A stretch of 64,000 nt of DNA, taken from positions 608,592,001 through 608,656,000 of the forward strand of contig NC_091284.1 of the NCBI RefSeq assembly GCF_032444005.1, in the 5' to 3' direction. This document shows positions 1-11,470 of this stretch, piece after piece. The number at the start of each line of letters is the position of its first letter. Positions within the stretch are counted from its first letter, which is position 1. The DNA is from Ranitomeya imitator. Lineage: Eukaryota. A program made the position numbers and the translations under genes. A model generated the notes under the pieces. The model saw only the letters and a program-made list of their open reading frames with translations. It was not told where the DNA came from and did not search any database.

Positions 1-521
1 GAGGGCGCCGCGCACACTGTATGCGTCATCGCGCCCTCTGCCTGAACAGTCAGAGCGCAGACGCCGGGAAGATGGAGGCGCCGGCCGGGAAGATGGAGCG
101 GCGCCCGGCGGCTGGAACGAGGACAGGTGAATATGCTATACTTACCTAGTCCTGGCGATCCTCGCGCTGTCCCTCTGCCTGGTCTTCGGTGCCGCAGCTC
201 TTCCTGTCAGCGGTCACCGGCACCGCTGATTAGAGGAATGAATAGGCGGCTCCGCCCCTATGGGAGGTGGAGCCGCTTATTCATATCTCTAATGAGCGGT
301 CCCACGTGACCGCTGAAGAGAGGACGAAGCTGCAGCACAGAAGCCCGTGGGACGGCAGGGACAGCGCGAGGATCGCTGGGACTAGGTAAGTATACCTCAG
401 CGCCCTCACCCCCTCACCCGCCGACCCTGCCACCCACATTGACTCGAGTATAAGCCGAGAGGGGCACTTTCAGCCCAAAAATTTGGGCTGAAAATCTCGG
501 CTTATACTCGAGTATATACGG
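1..521. mobile_element. Right part of a pogo/Tigger-like (TA-target) non-autonomous DNA element
   Basis: Ends ...CTCGGCTTATACTCGAGTATATACGG followed by TA; subterminal inverted repeat ctcgagtataagccgag/ctcggcttatactcgag (about 445-512). Confidence 0.55.
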
Positions 522-714
522 TACTTATTTTCCACCATAATATGCAAAAAAAATGATAAAAAAAACAGACAATGTGATTTTCTGGATTTTTTTTTTCTCA
601 GTTTGTCTCCCATAGTTGACGTCTACCTATGATGTAAATTACAGACGCCTCTCATCTTTTTAAGTGGTGGAACTTGCACTATTGCTGACTGACTAAATAC
701 TTTTTTGCCCCACT
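522..714. mobile_element. Tc1-like terminal (TIR) fragment, right-end orientation
   Basis: Ends ...ttttttgccccaCTG|TA; reverse complement of the fragment at 51382-51575. Confidence 0.7.
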
Positions 715-872
715 GTATGTATATAGCAGTCACATAGTATATAGCACAGGCCACGTAGTATTTGTCTGCTATATACTACATGGCTCCTATGTACTACGTG
801 GCCTGTGCTATATACTATGTGGCTGCTATATACATACATAAATACATATTCTAGAATACCCGATGCGTTAGA
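715..872 (+). mobile_element. Helitron-like non-autonomous element, 3' end cut by N-gap
   Basis: Minisatellite-like tactacgtggc units, then tattctagaatacccgatgcgttaga, the same terminal motif as 52330-52371. Confidence 0.45.
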
Positions 873-1221
873 NNNNNNNNNNNNNNNNNNNNNNNNNNNN
901 NNNNNNNNNNNNNNNNNNNNNNNNNNNNNNNNNNNNNNNNNNNNNNNNNNNNNNNNNNNNNNNNNNNNNNNNNNNNNNNNNNNNNNNNNNNNNNNNNNNN
1001 NNNNNNNNNNNNNNNNNNNNNNNNNNNNNNNNNNNNNNNNNNNNNNNNNNNNNNNNNNNNNNNNNCACGTTTTGGCATCATAATCTTCGAACATGTGATG
1101 AGCATGCAAACCGTGATAAATCGTAATGTTTTGTAGTTGATTATTTGTGTTGTGTGATGTGTATGTAAATTAACTGTTTGTTTTGCATAATTGTAAGAAC
1201 ATTGATTAGAACCTGATACCA

Positions 1222-2237
1222 ATGGCAGACCTCTCGGATTTTCAAAGAGGCCACATTGTTGGTGCTCGTATGGCAGGCGTTAGTGTAACAGAAAGTGCCC
1301 GAATGCTTGGCGTGTCTAGAGGTACTGTCTCCAAAGTAATGACTGCGTTTGAAGGAGAAGGAAAAACGTCCGCAGCAAAGCACAGGTCCTGCCGAAAGTC
1401 AAAGTTGACTGAGATAGACCGTCGAACTCAAAAGCGAATAGTGAGAGAGGATCGCAAGACCACGGCTCCGAAAATCACTGCTGAGCTCAATGAACACCTA
1501 CAGAACCCAGTTTCCACGAAAACTGTTCGTCGGGAGCTGCACAAATCTGGATTCCACGGAAGAGCTGCAATTAGAAAACCGCTGCTCTCAATGACAAATG
1601 TTTCCAAGCGTTTAGAATCGTGTAGAAACCTCCAGAATTGGTCCCTCGAGCAGTGGAAACATGTGATATTCTCAGACGAATCATCGTTTACTCTATTTCC
1701 GACCTCCGGCCGAGTGTAAGTTTGGAGACAGCCGAAAGAAGCATTCCATCCAGACTGCCTTCTCCCAACCGTAAAACATGGCGGAGGTTCTGTGATGATC
1801 TGGGGTGCTATTTCATGGAGATCCGCCGGGCCAATGATAACCCTTCATGGAAGAATTAATAGCCGAGATTATTTAGGCATTTTGGGCGACCAAGTGCATC
1901 CAATGGTTCAAGCACTGTTCCTGGAGGGGAACGCCATCTTTCAGGATGATAATGCACCAATTCATATAGCTAGAATCATTAAAGCATGGCACGAGGAACA
2001 TTCTAATGAAGTTGAGCATCTCTTCTGGCCCCCACAATCCCCAGACCTGAACATTATTGAGCATTTATGGTCGATTTTAGAGATTCAAGTTAGACGTCGA
2101 TTTCCGCAGCTATCGTCGCTCAAAGAACTGCAGAATGGGCTAAAATTCCTTTGGAAACAATTCACACCTTGTATGAATCCATACCTCGGAGAATTGAGGC
2201 TGTAATCGCCGCAAAAGGTGGACCTACACCATATTAA
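1222..2237 (+). pseudogene. Tc1/mariner transposase pseudogene with DD36E triad
   Basis: HTH N-terminus, SDES, FQDDNAP and SPDLNIIEHLW motifs, C-terminal AVIAAKGGPTPY*. In-frame TAA at 1717-1719 and a frameshifting deletion near 2130. Confidence 0.93.
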
Positions 2238-3167
2238 GCTATCTTTTCAGGACATCCCTCCTGACAGCACCACCAGGAGGTTGTCCTTCGTATCCTTGAT
2301 AGGGACAGGAACACAGAAGAGGTTAAATAGCCCCTCCCCACCTCCACCCTTCAGTGTTTTTCCTGTCTCTATCAGAGACAGACGCAGGAGAGAGTTCTCC
2401 TTCCCCGGAAGATTACCTGGATTAGGGAGCAGAGGCTCCCGAAGGCGGTCCTTGCTCCGGGTGTGGGCTCTGTACCATGGGGGGTCCCGATGGAGGGACT
2501 CCGGTAGGATCGCAGCAAACCGATGGAGATCCCTCACGCGATCCCGGTAGAGCTTTGCGCTTCCGTCAGCTGCCTCATCCCTTCATCAAAAAGCTCTGAG
2601 GCAGCAGCTACTGCAGCGGTGCCGGCAAGTTCCGGGCCTGGGCTCCATGTGCTATGATCGGCGGTGTTCCCCTGACGCTTCCGAATCCGGTGGCAGCTCC
2701 CAGGACTTCCGGCGCTTGCGTCGGAGGGGGTGCGCTGGGGGATCACTTCCGGGGGCGCGGTCATCCAGATCCAGCGTTGCTGGCGTTTCTGGCTTTTGGT
2801 GCCTCAATATGGCGCCGGAATGAGGGGGAGAGCCCCGGGACACAAGGATGCCGAAAGTACAAAGTCCCAGGCCTGTCTGCGTGCGTTCCAGAGGACAAAT
2901 GCGCAGTACGGCGGGGACCTTCAATCACCGGAAAACTGCAGCAGCTGAGCTCAGAAGGAGGACAGTTCAGATGATTTGAAGACAGGTGAGGTAAACTATT
3001 TAGACACGGTCAGTTGACAGCCCATTTGACCAGTAGTCATTGAGGGTGCTAACCGTCAAGACGTGCAGTACTCAGAGCTCGCCTCTGAACATGTAAGTGA
3101 TACATAGTAGGGTTTATTTAGACTAGTCGGATACAAACGACAGGGCCCTCTTGTATGTCTATTGCAG

Positions 3168-4425
3168 GATAAAGAAGCGCCCAAGCGTACAACAGCGGTG
3201 ACTAAGCGCAAGACTATTAGATGTCCCTTATGCTCAAGCAGACTGCCAGAAGGACATTCTTAAAAACTGACGGCTGTATGTCAGGAATACTCAAAGAAGA
3301 GCAGAGCTCCTTTCTAGACAGCATTAGAACTATGATCAGAGAAGAGGTACAAACTACGGTATCATCTCTGATACCAGCTGAATCCCCCTGCCCTAAAAGA
3401 CCCAGGTGGGAGCAGGATATTTCATCAGAAGGAGAGGTCTCAATTCACTGTCAGACTCTGCAGAAGGTGAGGGTCCGTCAACTTTGTTCCCAGAAGAGAG
3501 GAAGAGATATCGATTCTCTTCTGAAAACACGGACATACTCCTGCAGGCTGTTAGAAACACCATGAAGGTGGAAGGAGCCACAGAACCGCTAACAGTTCAG
3601 GATGAAATGTTCGGCGGCTTAGAACTCGCAGAAACAGAGTATTCCCTGTAAATCGCCACATAACGGAGATGATTCTGGAAGAGTGGGAGGACGTGGGGAA
3701 AAAACTCATAATCCCAAGAGATTTTAAACACCGCCTTCCATTTGACCCAGATGAGACAAAAATATGGGAATCCATGCCAAAAGTGGATATACCAGTGGCT
3801 AAAGTCTCTAAGAAGACAGCCATACCATTTGAAGTTTCGTCTGGTCTCAGACCCTATGGACAAGAGATCAGAAGATCTCCTTAAAAAGGCCTGGGAGGCA
3901 TCGTCAGCCATCATGAAGGCTAATATTGCGGCCACCTCAGTGGCCAGATCAATGCCTCTATGGGTAGAGAAATTAGAAGACCAGATCAACAATAAAATCC
4001 CTAGAGAGAAGATCCTAAAGTCTTTACCATTGCTGAAGATGGCGACGGATTTTATGGCTGACGCCTCAGCAGAATCAATTCGTTTTGCAGCAAGGAACAA
4101 TGCCTTATCTAATGCAGCAAGGCAGGCTCTATGGCTCAGGTTGTGGTCCGGGGACACACAATCAAAGAACAAACTCAGTTCAATACCATTCTCCGGTCTC
4201 CATGTATTCGGACCTGTATTGGACGAGCTGCTTGAAAAAGCAGCAGACAAGAAAAAAGGCTTTCCGGAAGAGAAACCAAAGAGTACACCATGCTTTCGTA
4301 GGACTCGTTCCCATCCCAGACAGGACTATAGAGGGAAGGGGAAAGGTGGACGATGGAACTACCCGAAAGGGGGTAGAGGTAGAGGTACCTTCCAGGATCA
4401 AAAACCAAGAACCAACAGACAATGA
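3168..4425 (+). pseudogene. DIRS copy 1 ORF1 (gag-like), frameshifted
   Basis: CPLC zinc-knuckle-like start, later DRP..D..PKVD.PV, AASNAARQALWL..WSGD..SKNKL..IPF.G..FG..LD motifs typical of vertebrate DIRS ORF1. Confidence 0.8.
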
Positions 4426-4547
4426 CGCCAGGACAGTAGGCGGAAGACTCCAATACTTTTTACAGGGCTGGCAAGAAATCACTCAGAATTCATGGATCCT
4501 AAGCACAATAGAACACGGATACAGGATAGAATTCAGCCAGTTACCTC

Positions 4548-5502
4548 TATGGAGCTCTATATCATGGGCCCCATGTGACCATATAGAAACCTTTCCATTG
4601 GGCTAGAATGCAAGGTCCTTTTATGCAATACCACAGTTTTTGTTACCTATGTGACAGCATCACATGACTGTCTATAACTAATACCATTGGTCTAAATATG
4701 AAAGGTCCTTTTTGTACCATCAAACATAGATAGAGCGCTGCATCTTATGTTGGATATATGTCCTGGCTTAAATGCCCGCTTTGATGACATCATCGGCACT
4801 AATACACCCACGATATACCACACACCTGCTTCATATACAATCAATTTACACGCTCCATAAAGGGAACTTCTCCTGCCGCACTAGCCACGCCTCCTGACGA
4901 AGCTCATCGGGCGAAACGCGCGTCGAGGCGCCTGGCAGCACGGCAGCAGGTTCCACCTACCCCCCTCGGACTGACCATGGCCACAGGTACTATAAACTTA
5001 TATACTAATACCTGCTTTTTCATAGGCTCAATTTGATCAATAACATGGTATTTTACCTACATCTCACTTTAGTGTGGATCACTTTCTCTAACTTTTTGTC
5101 TTGAGCCCAATTTTGATCTAATTGCTATGGTAGTCTATTACACATGGCATCTCAGACTGGGGCCGTTAACACATATATAGGGCTTTTAAGGTGGTGTGGT
5201 TTTCTCAGCCTGCGTTGTGCTGCCTGGCAAAACCTTTTTTCTTCTGTCTTTTTGTCTGTTTTTTGGTAAAATCTCACGAATATATTACTGTTAAGATGAT
5301 TGTATTTATGATACTTAAATAAAGTTTGTTATATTTATAAATTCTGGTTATTGGCTTCTATTATGTTATATAGTCCTCAATATATATAATTTTTTTGAAT
5401 AAATAGGGAACTAGGGCTATATACACCCGTTGTAGGTCGATATGCTTTTCTGTTGTCTTTAGGAGCAATATATTTATTTTGGAAGAAAATTGTAGGTTGT
5501 GC
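4548..5502 (+). mobile_element. Penelope-like (PLE) pseudo-LTR fragment inserted in the DIRS RT
   Basis: Splits TTA CCT|CCC AAG AGA of the RT frame with only ctc microhomology. Contains a hammerhead motif, ATG GCC ACA G|gtact donor, T-rich tract and AATAAA (5318-5323). PLE identity is inferred from this architecture. Confidence 0.55.
4888..4930 (+). ncRNA. Minimal type I hammerhead ribozyme motif
   Basis: Stem I cgcctc/gaggcg; CUGACGA core plus one extra A; stem II GCUC-auc-GGGC; GAAA; palindromic stem III ACGCGCGU; GUC cleavage triplet at 4922-4924. Confidence 0.75.
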
Positions 5503-5969
5503 TCCCAAGAGATTTTGTCTGACTCAGACCCAGTCTCCGACAGTCCACCAGAGACTTCTAGATGATATACAGGACCTTCTCCCGTTAAGAGCCATTATCC
5601 CAGTACCCAGCTCTCAAAAATTCAGGGGACACTACTCAAGCCTGTTCTCTATAAAGAAACCAGGCGGAGAAAATCGTACAATCATAAACCTAAAACCACT
5701 AAATCAGTGGGTATCATACAAACAGTTCAAGATAGAGTCCCTCAAATCTGTTATACTTCTAATTCAAAAGGGCTCAGTAATGAGCACATTAGACCTAAAA
5801 AGTGCTTACTACCAGGTCCCCATCTACCCCTCTCATCAGCAGTATCTTAGATTCGCTATAAGGAACCGGAATCATATAGAACATTTCCAGTTCAGGTGCC
5901 TGCCATTTAGACTCTCATCTGCCCCAAGAATCTTCACCAAGCTGATGGCAGAAGTGATGGCCTTCCTAA

Positions 5970-6705
5970 GGGTACCGTCACACAGTGGCACTTTTGTCGC
6001 TACGACGGTACGATTTGTGACGTTCCAGCGATATCCATACGATATCGCTGTGTCTGACACGCAGCAGCGATCAGGGATCCTGCTGAGAATCGTACGTCGT
6101 AGCAGATCGTTTGGAACTTTCTTTCGTCGCTGGATCTCCCGCTGTCATCGCTAGATCGGTGTGTGTGACACCGATCTAGCGATGCGTTCGCTTGTAACCA
6201 GGGTAAACATCAGGTTACTAAGCGCAGGACCGCGCTTAGTAACCCGATGTTTACCCTGGTTACCAGCGTAAATGTAAAAAAAAAAAACAAACCGTACATA
6301 CTTACATTCCGGTGTCCGTCAGGTCCCTTGCCGTCTGCTTCCCGCATTCACTGACTGCCGGCTGTAAAGTGAAAGCAGAGCACAGCAGTGACGTCACCGC
6401 TGTGCTTTCACTTTACGGCCGGCAGTCAGTGAGTGCGGGAAGCAGACAGCAAGGGACAGACACCGGAATGTAAGTATGTACTGTTTGTTTTTTTTTTACG
6501 CTGGTAACCAGGGTAAACATCGGGTTACTAAGCGCGGTTCTGCGCTTAGTAACCCGATGTTTACCCTGGTTACCGGCATCGTTGGTCGCTGGAGAGCTGT
6601 CTGTGTGACAGCTCTCCAGCGACCACACTACGACTTACCAACGATCACGGCCAGGTCGTATCGCTGGTCGTGATCGTAGGTAAATCGTATAGTGTGATGG
6701 TACCC
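5970..6705. mobile_element. PIF/Harbinger-type MITE (family A, GGGTACCGTCACAC TIR)
   Basis: TIRs plus TAA target duplication (5967-5969, 6706-6708). Removal restores the RT frame F-L-R-E-R-E-I-L-I-V-P-Y-L-D-D. Confidence 0.9.
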
Positions 6706-7979
6706 TAAGGGAAAGAGAGATCCTAATCGTTCCTTATCTGGACGACATTATTATAGCAGACTCCCCTCAACAACAGGAAAGACATCTGGTGACAACCAGG
6801 TCAGGCCTGCAGAATCTGGGATGGCTAATAAATCTAAAGAAGTCAAATCTCAAACCAGAAACAAGGAAGCTGATTCTCGGAGTGATCCTGGACTCCATTC
6901 AGGAACATTCATACCTCCCGCAGCACAAACAGGAATCGATCAAAAAAGAGATTCAGATATTACAGAAACAGAGGCAAACCTCCATAAAGAAGGCCATGAG
7001 GGTGCTGGCTTGATGACCTCATGCATTCCCAGCGTCCAGTCGAGTCAATATCACTCAAGACCCTTGCAGCAAGAAGTCCTCTCACTATGGGATGGCAGAG
7101 ACTCATCTCTAGACAAAAAGGTGCTCTTATCCAAAGAGGCAAAAAGATCACTATCATGGTGGACCGAGGAAACAAACCTCGGGAAAGGAAGACCCTGGAG
7201 AACATCTCTGTGTGTGAACATCACCACGGACGCAAGCCTCAAAAGCTGGGGAGCCCATATGGAAGGAAGATATCTGCAAAGAGACTGGTCGGAGTCAATA
7301 AGCAGCAAGTCTTGGAATTACAGAGAGGTCAGTGCAGTCTGGGAAGCCCTAAAGAGATTCCAGGGAAGTCTATGGGACCAACATGTCCGTATCTTCTCAG
7401 ACAATTCAACAACAGTAGCATTCCTACTTCATCAGGGAGGGCCAAGACATTGTCACTTACAGAGCTTGTCAGACACAATCTTCTCCTGGGCAGAGCTCAC
7501 AGTAAAGTCAATAACAGCAGTTCACCTGAAAGGCACCGAAAATCAAATAGCCAACTTTCTGAGCAGGAAAAAAACTATGTCCCACAGAATGGTCCTTAAC
7601 ACGAGATCTTCAGTTAACCCAACGCTGGGGCTTTCCGGAAGTAGATCTATTTACTTCAAGACAAAATACAAAAACAGAGATGTTCTTCTCTCTAAATCCA
7701 GGAGACAAGCTATCGGGGATAGACGCCTTGGCCCAGGAGTGGGACATGGACCTAGCTTATGCCTTTCCACCATTGACTCTAATACCAAGAGTATTGAGAA
7801 AGATTCAGGAGAACCGAGCATCAGTAATCCTAATCGTACCGTACTGGCCCAAAAGGAGCTGGTTTCCCTTACTGAGATGGATGTCCCTAGAAGAACCAGT
7901 TCATCTACCCGTAAGACCAGACCTTTTGTTTCAAGGCCCTCTAGTTCACCAGAACCCGGGTCTACTACAGTTAGCAGCT

Positions 7980-8993
7980 TGGATCCTGAAAAGGAGATCC
8001 TGAGGTCAAAGGGCCTTTCAGAACTAGTCATTTCTACCATCCAAAATAGCAGAAAGCCGGTGACTTCTGCAATATACAGGAAAATATGGAAGTTCTGCTC
8101 CCAAAATACATCTCCTGTACCAGTATCTGAGGGCCCAGATATTCCAAGAATTCTAGACTTTCTTCAATCAGGCTTTGATAAACGCTTAAGACCCAGTACA
8201 CTAAAAGTACAAATTTCAGCTCTCAGTTCTTTCTATGAGTTCCAGTTGGCCAGCCATCACTGGGTAGTGAGATTTGTTAAAGCCACTCAGCGTCATAGGC
8301 CCACAATACGCAGCTCAATACCTCCTTGGGATCTCAGCCTAGTCTTGAACGAACTTTGCAAAGAACCATATGAACCACTAGATCAAGCAAATTTGAGAGC
8401 AGTAACCTTAAAAGCCCTCTTCTTAGTGGCAATAACATCAGCGAGACATATTGGGGAAATCCAGTCCTTCTCCATTAAAGACTCATATCTGAAGGTTCAA
8501 GGTGACTGGATCCTGCCTTTCTTCCCAAAGTGGTATCTGACTTCCATAGAAATCAGGAGATCATCCTACCTACCTTTTTGCCAAAACTACAGTAAGGAGA
8601 AAGAGCGCTCTCTGCACGCATTGGACGTTAAAAGAACAGTACTCCACTACTTAGAGATCACGGACAGTTGGAGAATAGACTCTAACCTCTTCATCCAGAT
8701 GTCTGGAAGAAACAAGGGGAATAAGGCGTCCAAAGCTACATTAGCTAGATGGTTTAAATCCGCTATTAGTGCAGCCTATATCTCGGGGAAATCCCCCACC
8801 AGAAAGCCTCAAAGCGTATTCGCTGAGGGCAATCTCAGCTTCATGGGCAGAAAGTGCTGGGGCTTCTATGGACCAGATCTGCAGAGCCGCAACTTGGGCT
8901 AGGTCACATACCTTTTGTAAGCATTATAAGTTGGATGTCATAGCAAACCAACAAACTTTGTTCAGGAGGAAGGTCCTCCAGGCCCTAAAATAA
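7980..8993 (+). pseudogene. DIRS copy 1 tyrosine recombinase (ORF3), frameshifted
   Basis: STLKVQISALS, VAITSARHIGEI, YSLRAISASWA, W..HTFCKHY catalytic-box remnants. Confidence 0.88.
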
Positions 8994-10407
8994 GGAGTGT
9001 TTTGGTATTTCTCCTGGTGGTGCTGTCAGGAGGGACGTCCTGGAAAGTAGGAATTAGTCCAACCAGTCATAGTGTTTCCAGGAGTCCATCATGACCGCAC
9101 CCCTTATATACCCTCCCTTGAGTTTCCTGTCTATGTGATGTAAACATGTGTAGAGAGGAAGTTCAATAAAATAGCGTTGCATCCATCCTGGTGTGGTACT
9201 TGGGAAAATACTCCCACTTCCCCTACTCCAACACTGCCTCTCTGCCACTGCTTACAGTCTTTGACAAGCTGCAGCAGTAATGTTGTGGCTACAGCGCACA
9301 TGACCACTGCAGCCAATCACTGGGCTCACCATGTGCAGGCTAAGTTGGAATTTCCTCTGAGCCCAGTGATTTTGCAGCACATGTCATGTCCTCTGAAGTC
9401 AAGACGTCGCCACTGCTGCCTGTCAGCAAAGACTTGGAGCAGTGGCAGAGAGACAGCACTCCAGAAGAGTGTGTGTATTATACTTACAAACTAATCTACA
9501 AATTCCAACAGTTTGATCTGACATCTTACATTAGTCTTAATATATAACCTTTCTACAACTTGAGGACTTTACATTCTGAGACTAATATCAGCACTTGGAC
9601 CTTAGACTTTAAAATTTTAATAAATCAGACCCCAGTTAAAGACCTGTAAGCGAATTACTATTGTGAATGGACTCCTGCTTCTTCTCTTGCCTTGTGGGTC
9701 ATGGGCTGCTTTTGCTGGGCCCCAAATTGTTGTTGGGGAGTAAATGGGGGACTTGACAGCAGGGAACGTAGAAGCACCTGCAGCACTGGAGGAAGCGGAA
9801 GGTATGGGGTCTTCTCTGCTCTTCACACTCATGGTTGTGTGCTGCTCCCTGTCTTCTCACAGGCATCATAGTGTCAGGTATACAGATGTGCGCACAGAGC
9901 CAGAATATAAAGCAAACATTTTATGCAGGTGTGGAGAAAATACTGTAAAGTAGGGATGCTTTTAAAAATTGAAGTGTTAATAATTTATTTTTAACTATTA
10001 ACCAGTGAATGAACAAAAATTAAATCCAAATCCAATCAAGATGAGTTCTTCTAGCTACACTTGTACATTTTTTGGAGCATATCTGCAGGGATGTTTTTCA
10101 CACATCTTGAAGAGCTACAGCTGTTCTGTGGGTGTAGACTTGTGCAAACTCTTCTGTCTCTTCATGTAATTCCAGACAGACTCGATAATGAGATCAGGAT
10201 CTGCGATATTATCACTTCCAGAACTCTTTGTTCTTCTTCATGCTGGAAATAGTTCTTAATGACATTGAGTGTGTATTTTTGGTTCTTTTGTCCTGCAAAA
10301 AAAAATTTGGAGCCAATCTGACACATTTCCGAATAATATTTCATGATGGATCTGCCTGTATTTTTCAGCATTAAGGAAACCATTGAAGGGGTTATCTGGG
10401 ATTTTTT

Positions 10408-10491
<84 letters not shown>
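10408..10491. repeat. (TCTA)n microsatellite, about 21 units
   Basis: Direct reading. Confidence 0.97.
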
Positions 10492-10899
10492 GAGTCGCTG
10501 GGCAGAATAGGCAGGTAAAAATATTAATTTTGGTTCAAAGCAGTAACGGGACGCTCCTGCTGGCGATTCTGCGGCTTCTGTTGACATGTTATCAACAGAG
10601 CAGTCTCTTCTGTTCCATTCAGCTGACGCTGCATCACTGCTAATGTCATGCTGGCTTCATAACTGCGGAGAGCTGGCTGTCAGTCAGGGCGTCATTGCAA
10701 AGTTCATTCTATCGACAGAGTAGATCGGAAGAACTGCTCTGTTGATAGGTAAAATTAAGCTGCAATATTTCAGGCAGGAGTGGGGCCACCAGAGATTGGC
10801 ATCAGGCATAACATGCAGGTACTTGGTAACTACTTATTGGCCTCATAACCTCATAAGAAAAAATATAAAAGTACTGGAAATCCACTCTAATTCCAACCA

Positions 10900-11470
10900 A
10901 ATACTCAACTCCACTTGCTGAAATGCTCCTCCAAACCTGCAAGGAACCTCCACCATGCTTCACTGTAGATTGCAGACACTCAGTATTGTACCACTCTCCA
11001 GCCCTTAGGCTTATAAACTGCCTTCTATTATACCCACGTATTTCACATTTTGACTCATCAGTCTAGAAAACCTGCTGCATTTTTTTGCATTTCACTTTTT
11101 ATATTTTCGTGCAAAGTTGATTTATGGTGCTTAGTCTTGCTTCCATGTCAAAGGTATGGCTTTTTAGCCTCCATTCCTCCATAAAGACCACTTCTGGACA
11201 GACTTCTCTGAACAGTAGACTGGTGTAGCAGGGTCCTACTGGTTGTTGCCATTTCTGAGCTGAAGACACTGCTGGACACTTTCCAATCCTATTTTCAAGG
11301 GATGTAAGCATGATGTTTTTCATCTGCTGCATTTTCCTTGACCGACCTACAACCCTCAATATTGCCCTTTTCTTCATGCTTTTTCAAAAGAGCTTAATCA
11401 CAACATATTGAATCCCCAGTCTACTTTGAGACCTTGATGATGCAGTATAACTACCTTGTGACTTCTTCCT
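10900..11470 (-). mobile_element. Tc1-like transposase internal fragment, decayed
   Basis: Minus strand reads a TVKHGGG-like motif (cctccaccatgcttcactgt on plus) and remnants of the RKKP/R..V linker region. Confidence 0.6.

Larger units (their letters stand above)
4420..8003 (+). pseudogene. DIRS copy 1 ORF2: RT / RNase H / methyltransferase-like, interrupted at 4548-5502 and 5970-6705
   Basis: VGGRLQYF..W, LDLKSAYYQVPI, LPFRLSSAPRIFTK, PYLDD, TDASLKSWGA, RIFSDNST, YAFPPLTLIPRVLRKI. Confidence 0.88.
2244..9055 (+). mobile_element. DIRS1-type tyrosine-recombinase retrotransposon (copy 1); decayed, right ITR missing, two nested insertions
   Basis: TTTT start; gag, RT (YLDD 6735-6746), RNase H (TDAS), MT-like and YR domains. 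ICR at 9011-9046 is the reverse complement of 2244-2279 (34/36). Confidence 0.92.

Noticed and set aside
6821-8902. 693-aa ORF that looks like an RNase H-tyrosine recombinase fusion
   Set aside because: It switches between the overlapping DIRS ORF3 and ORF2 frames at about 7012 and 7570. It is a by-product of compensating frameshifts in a decayed element, not a new fusion protein.
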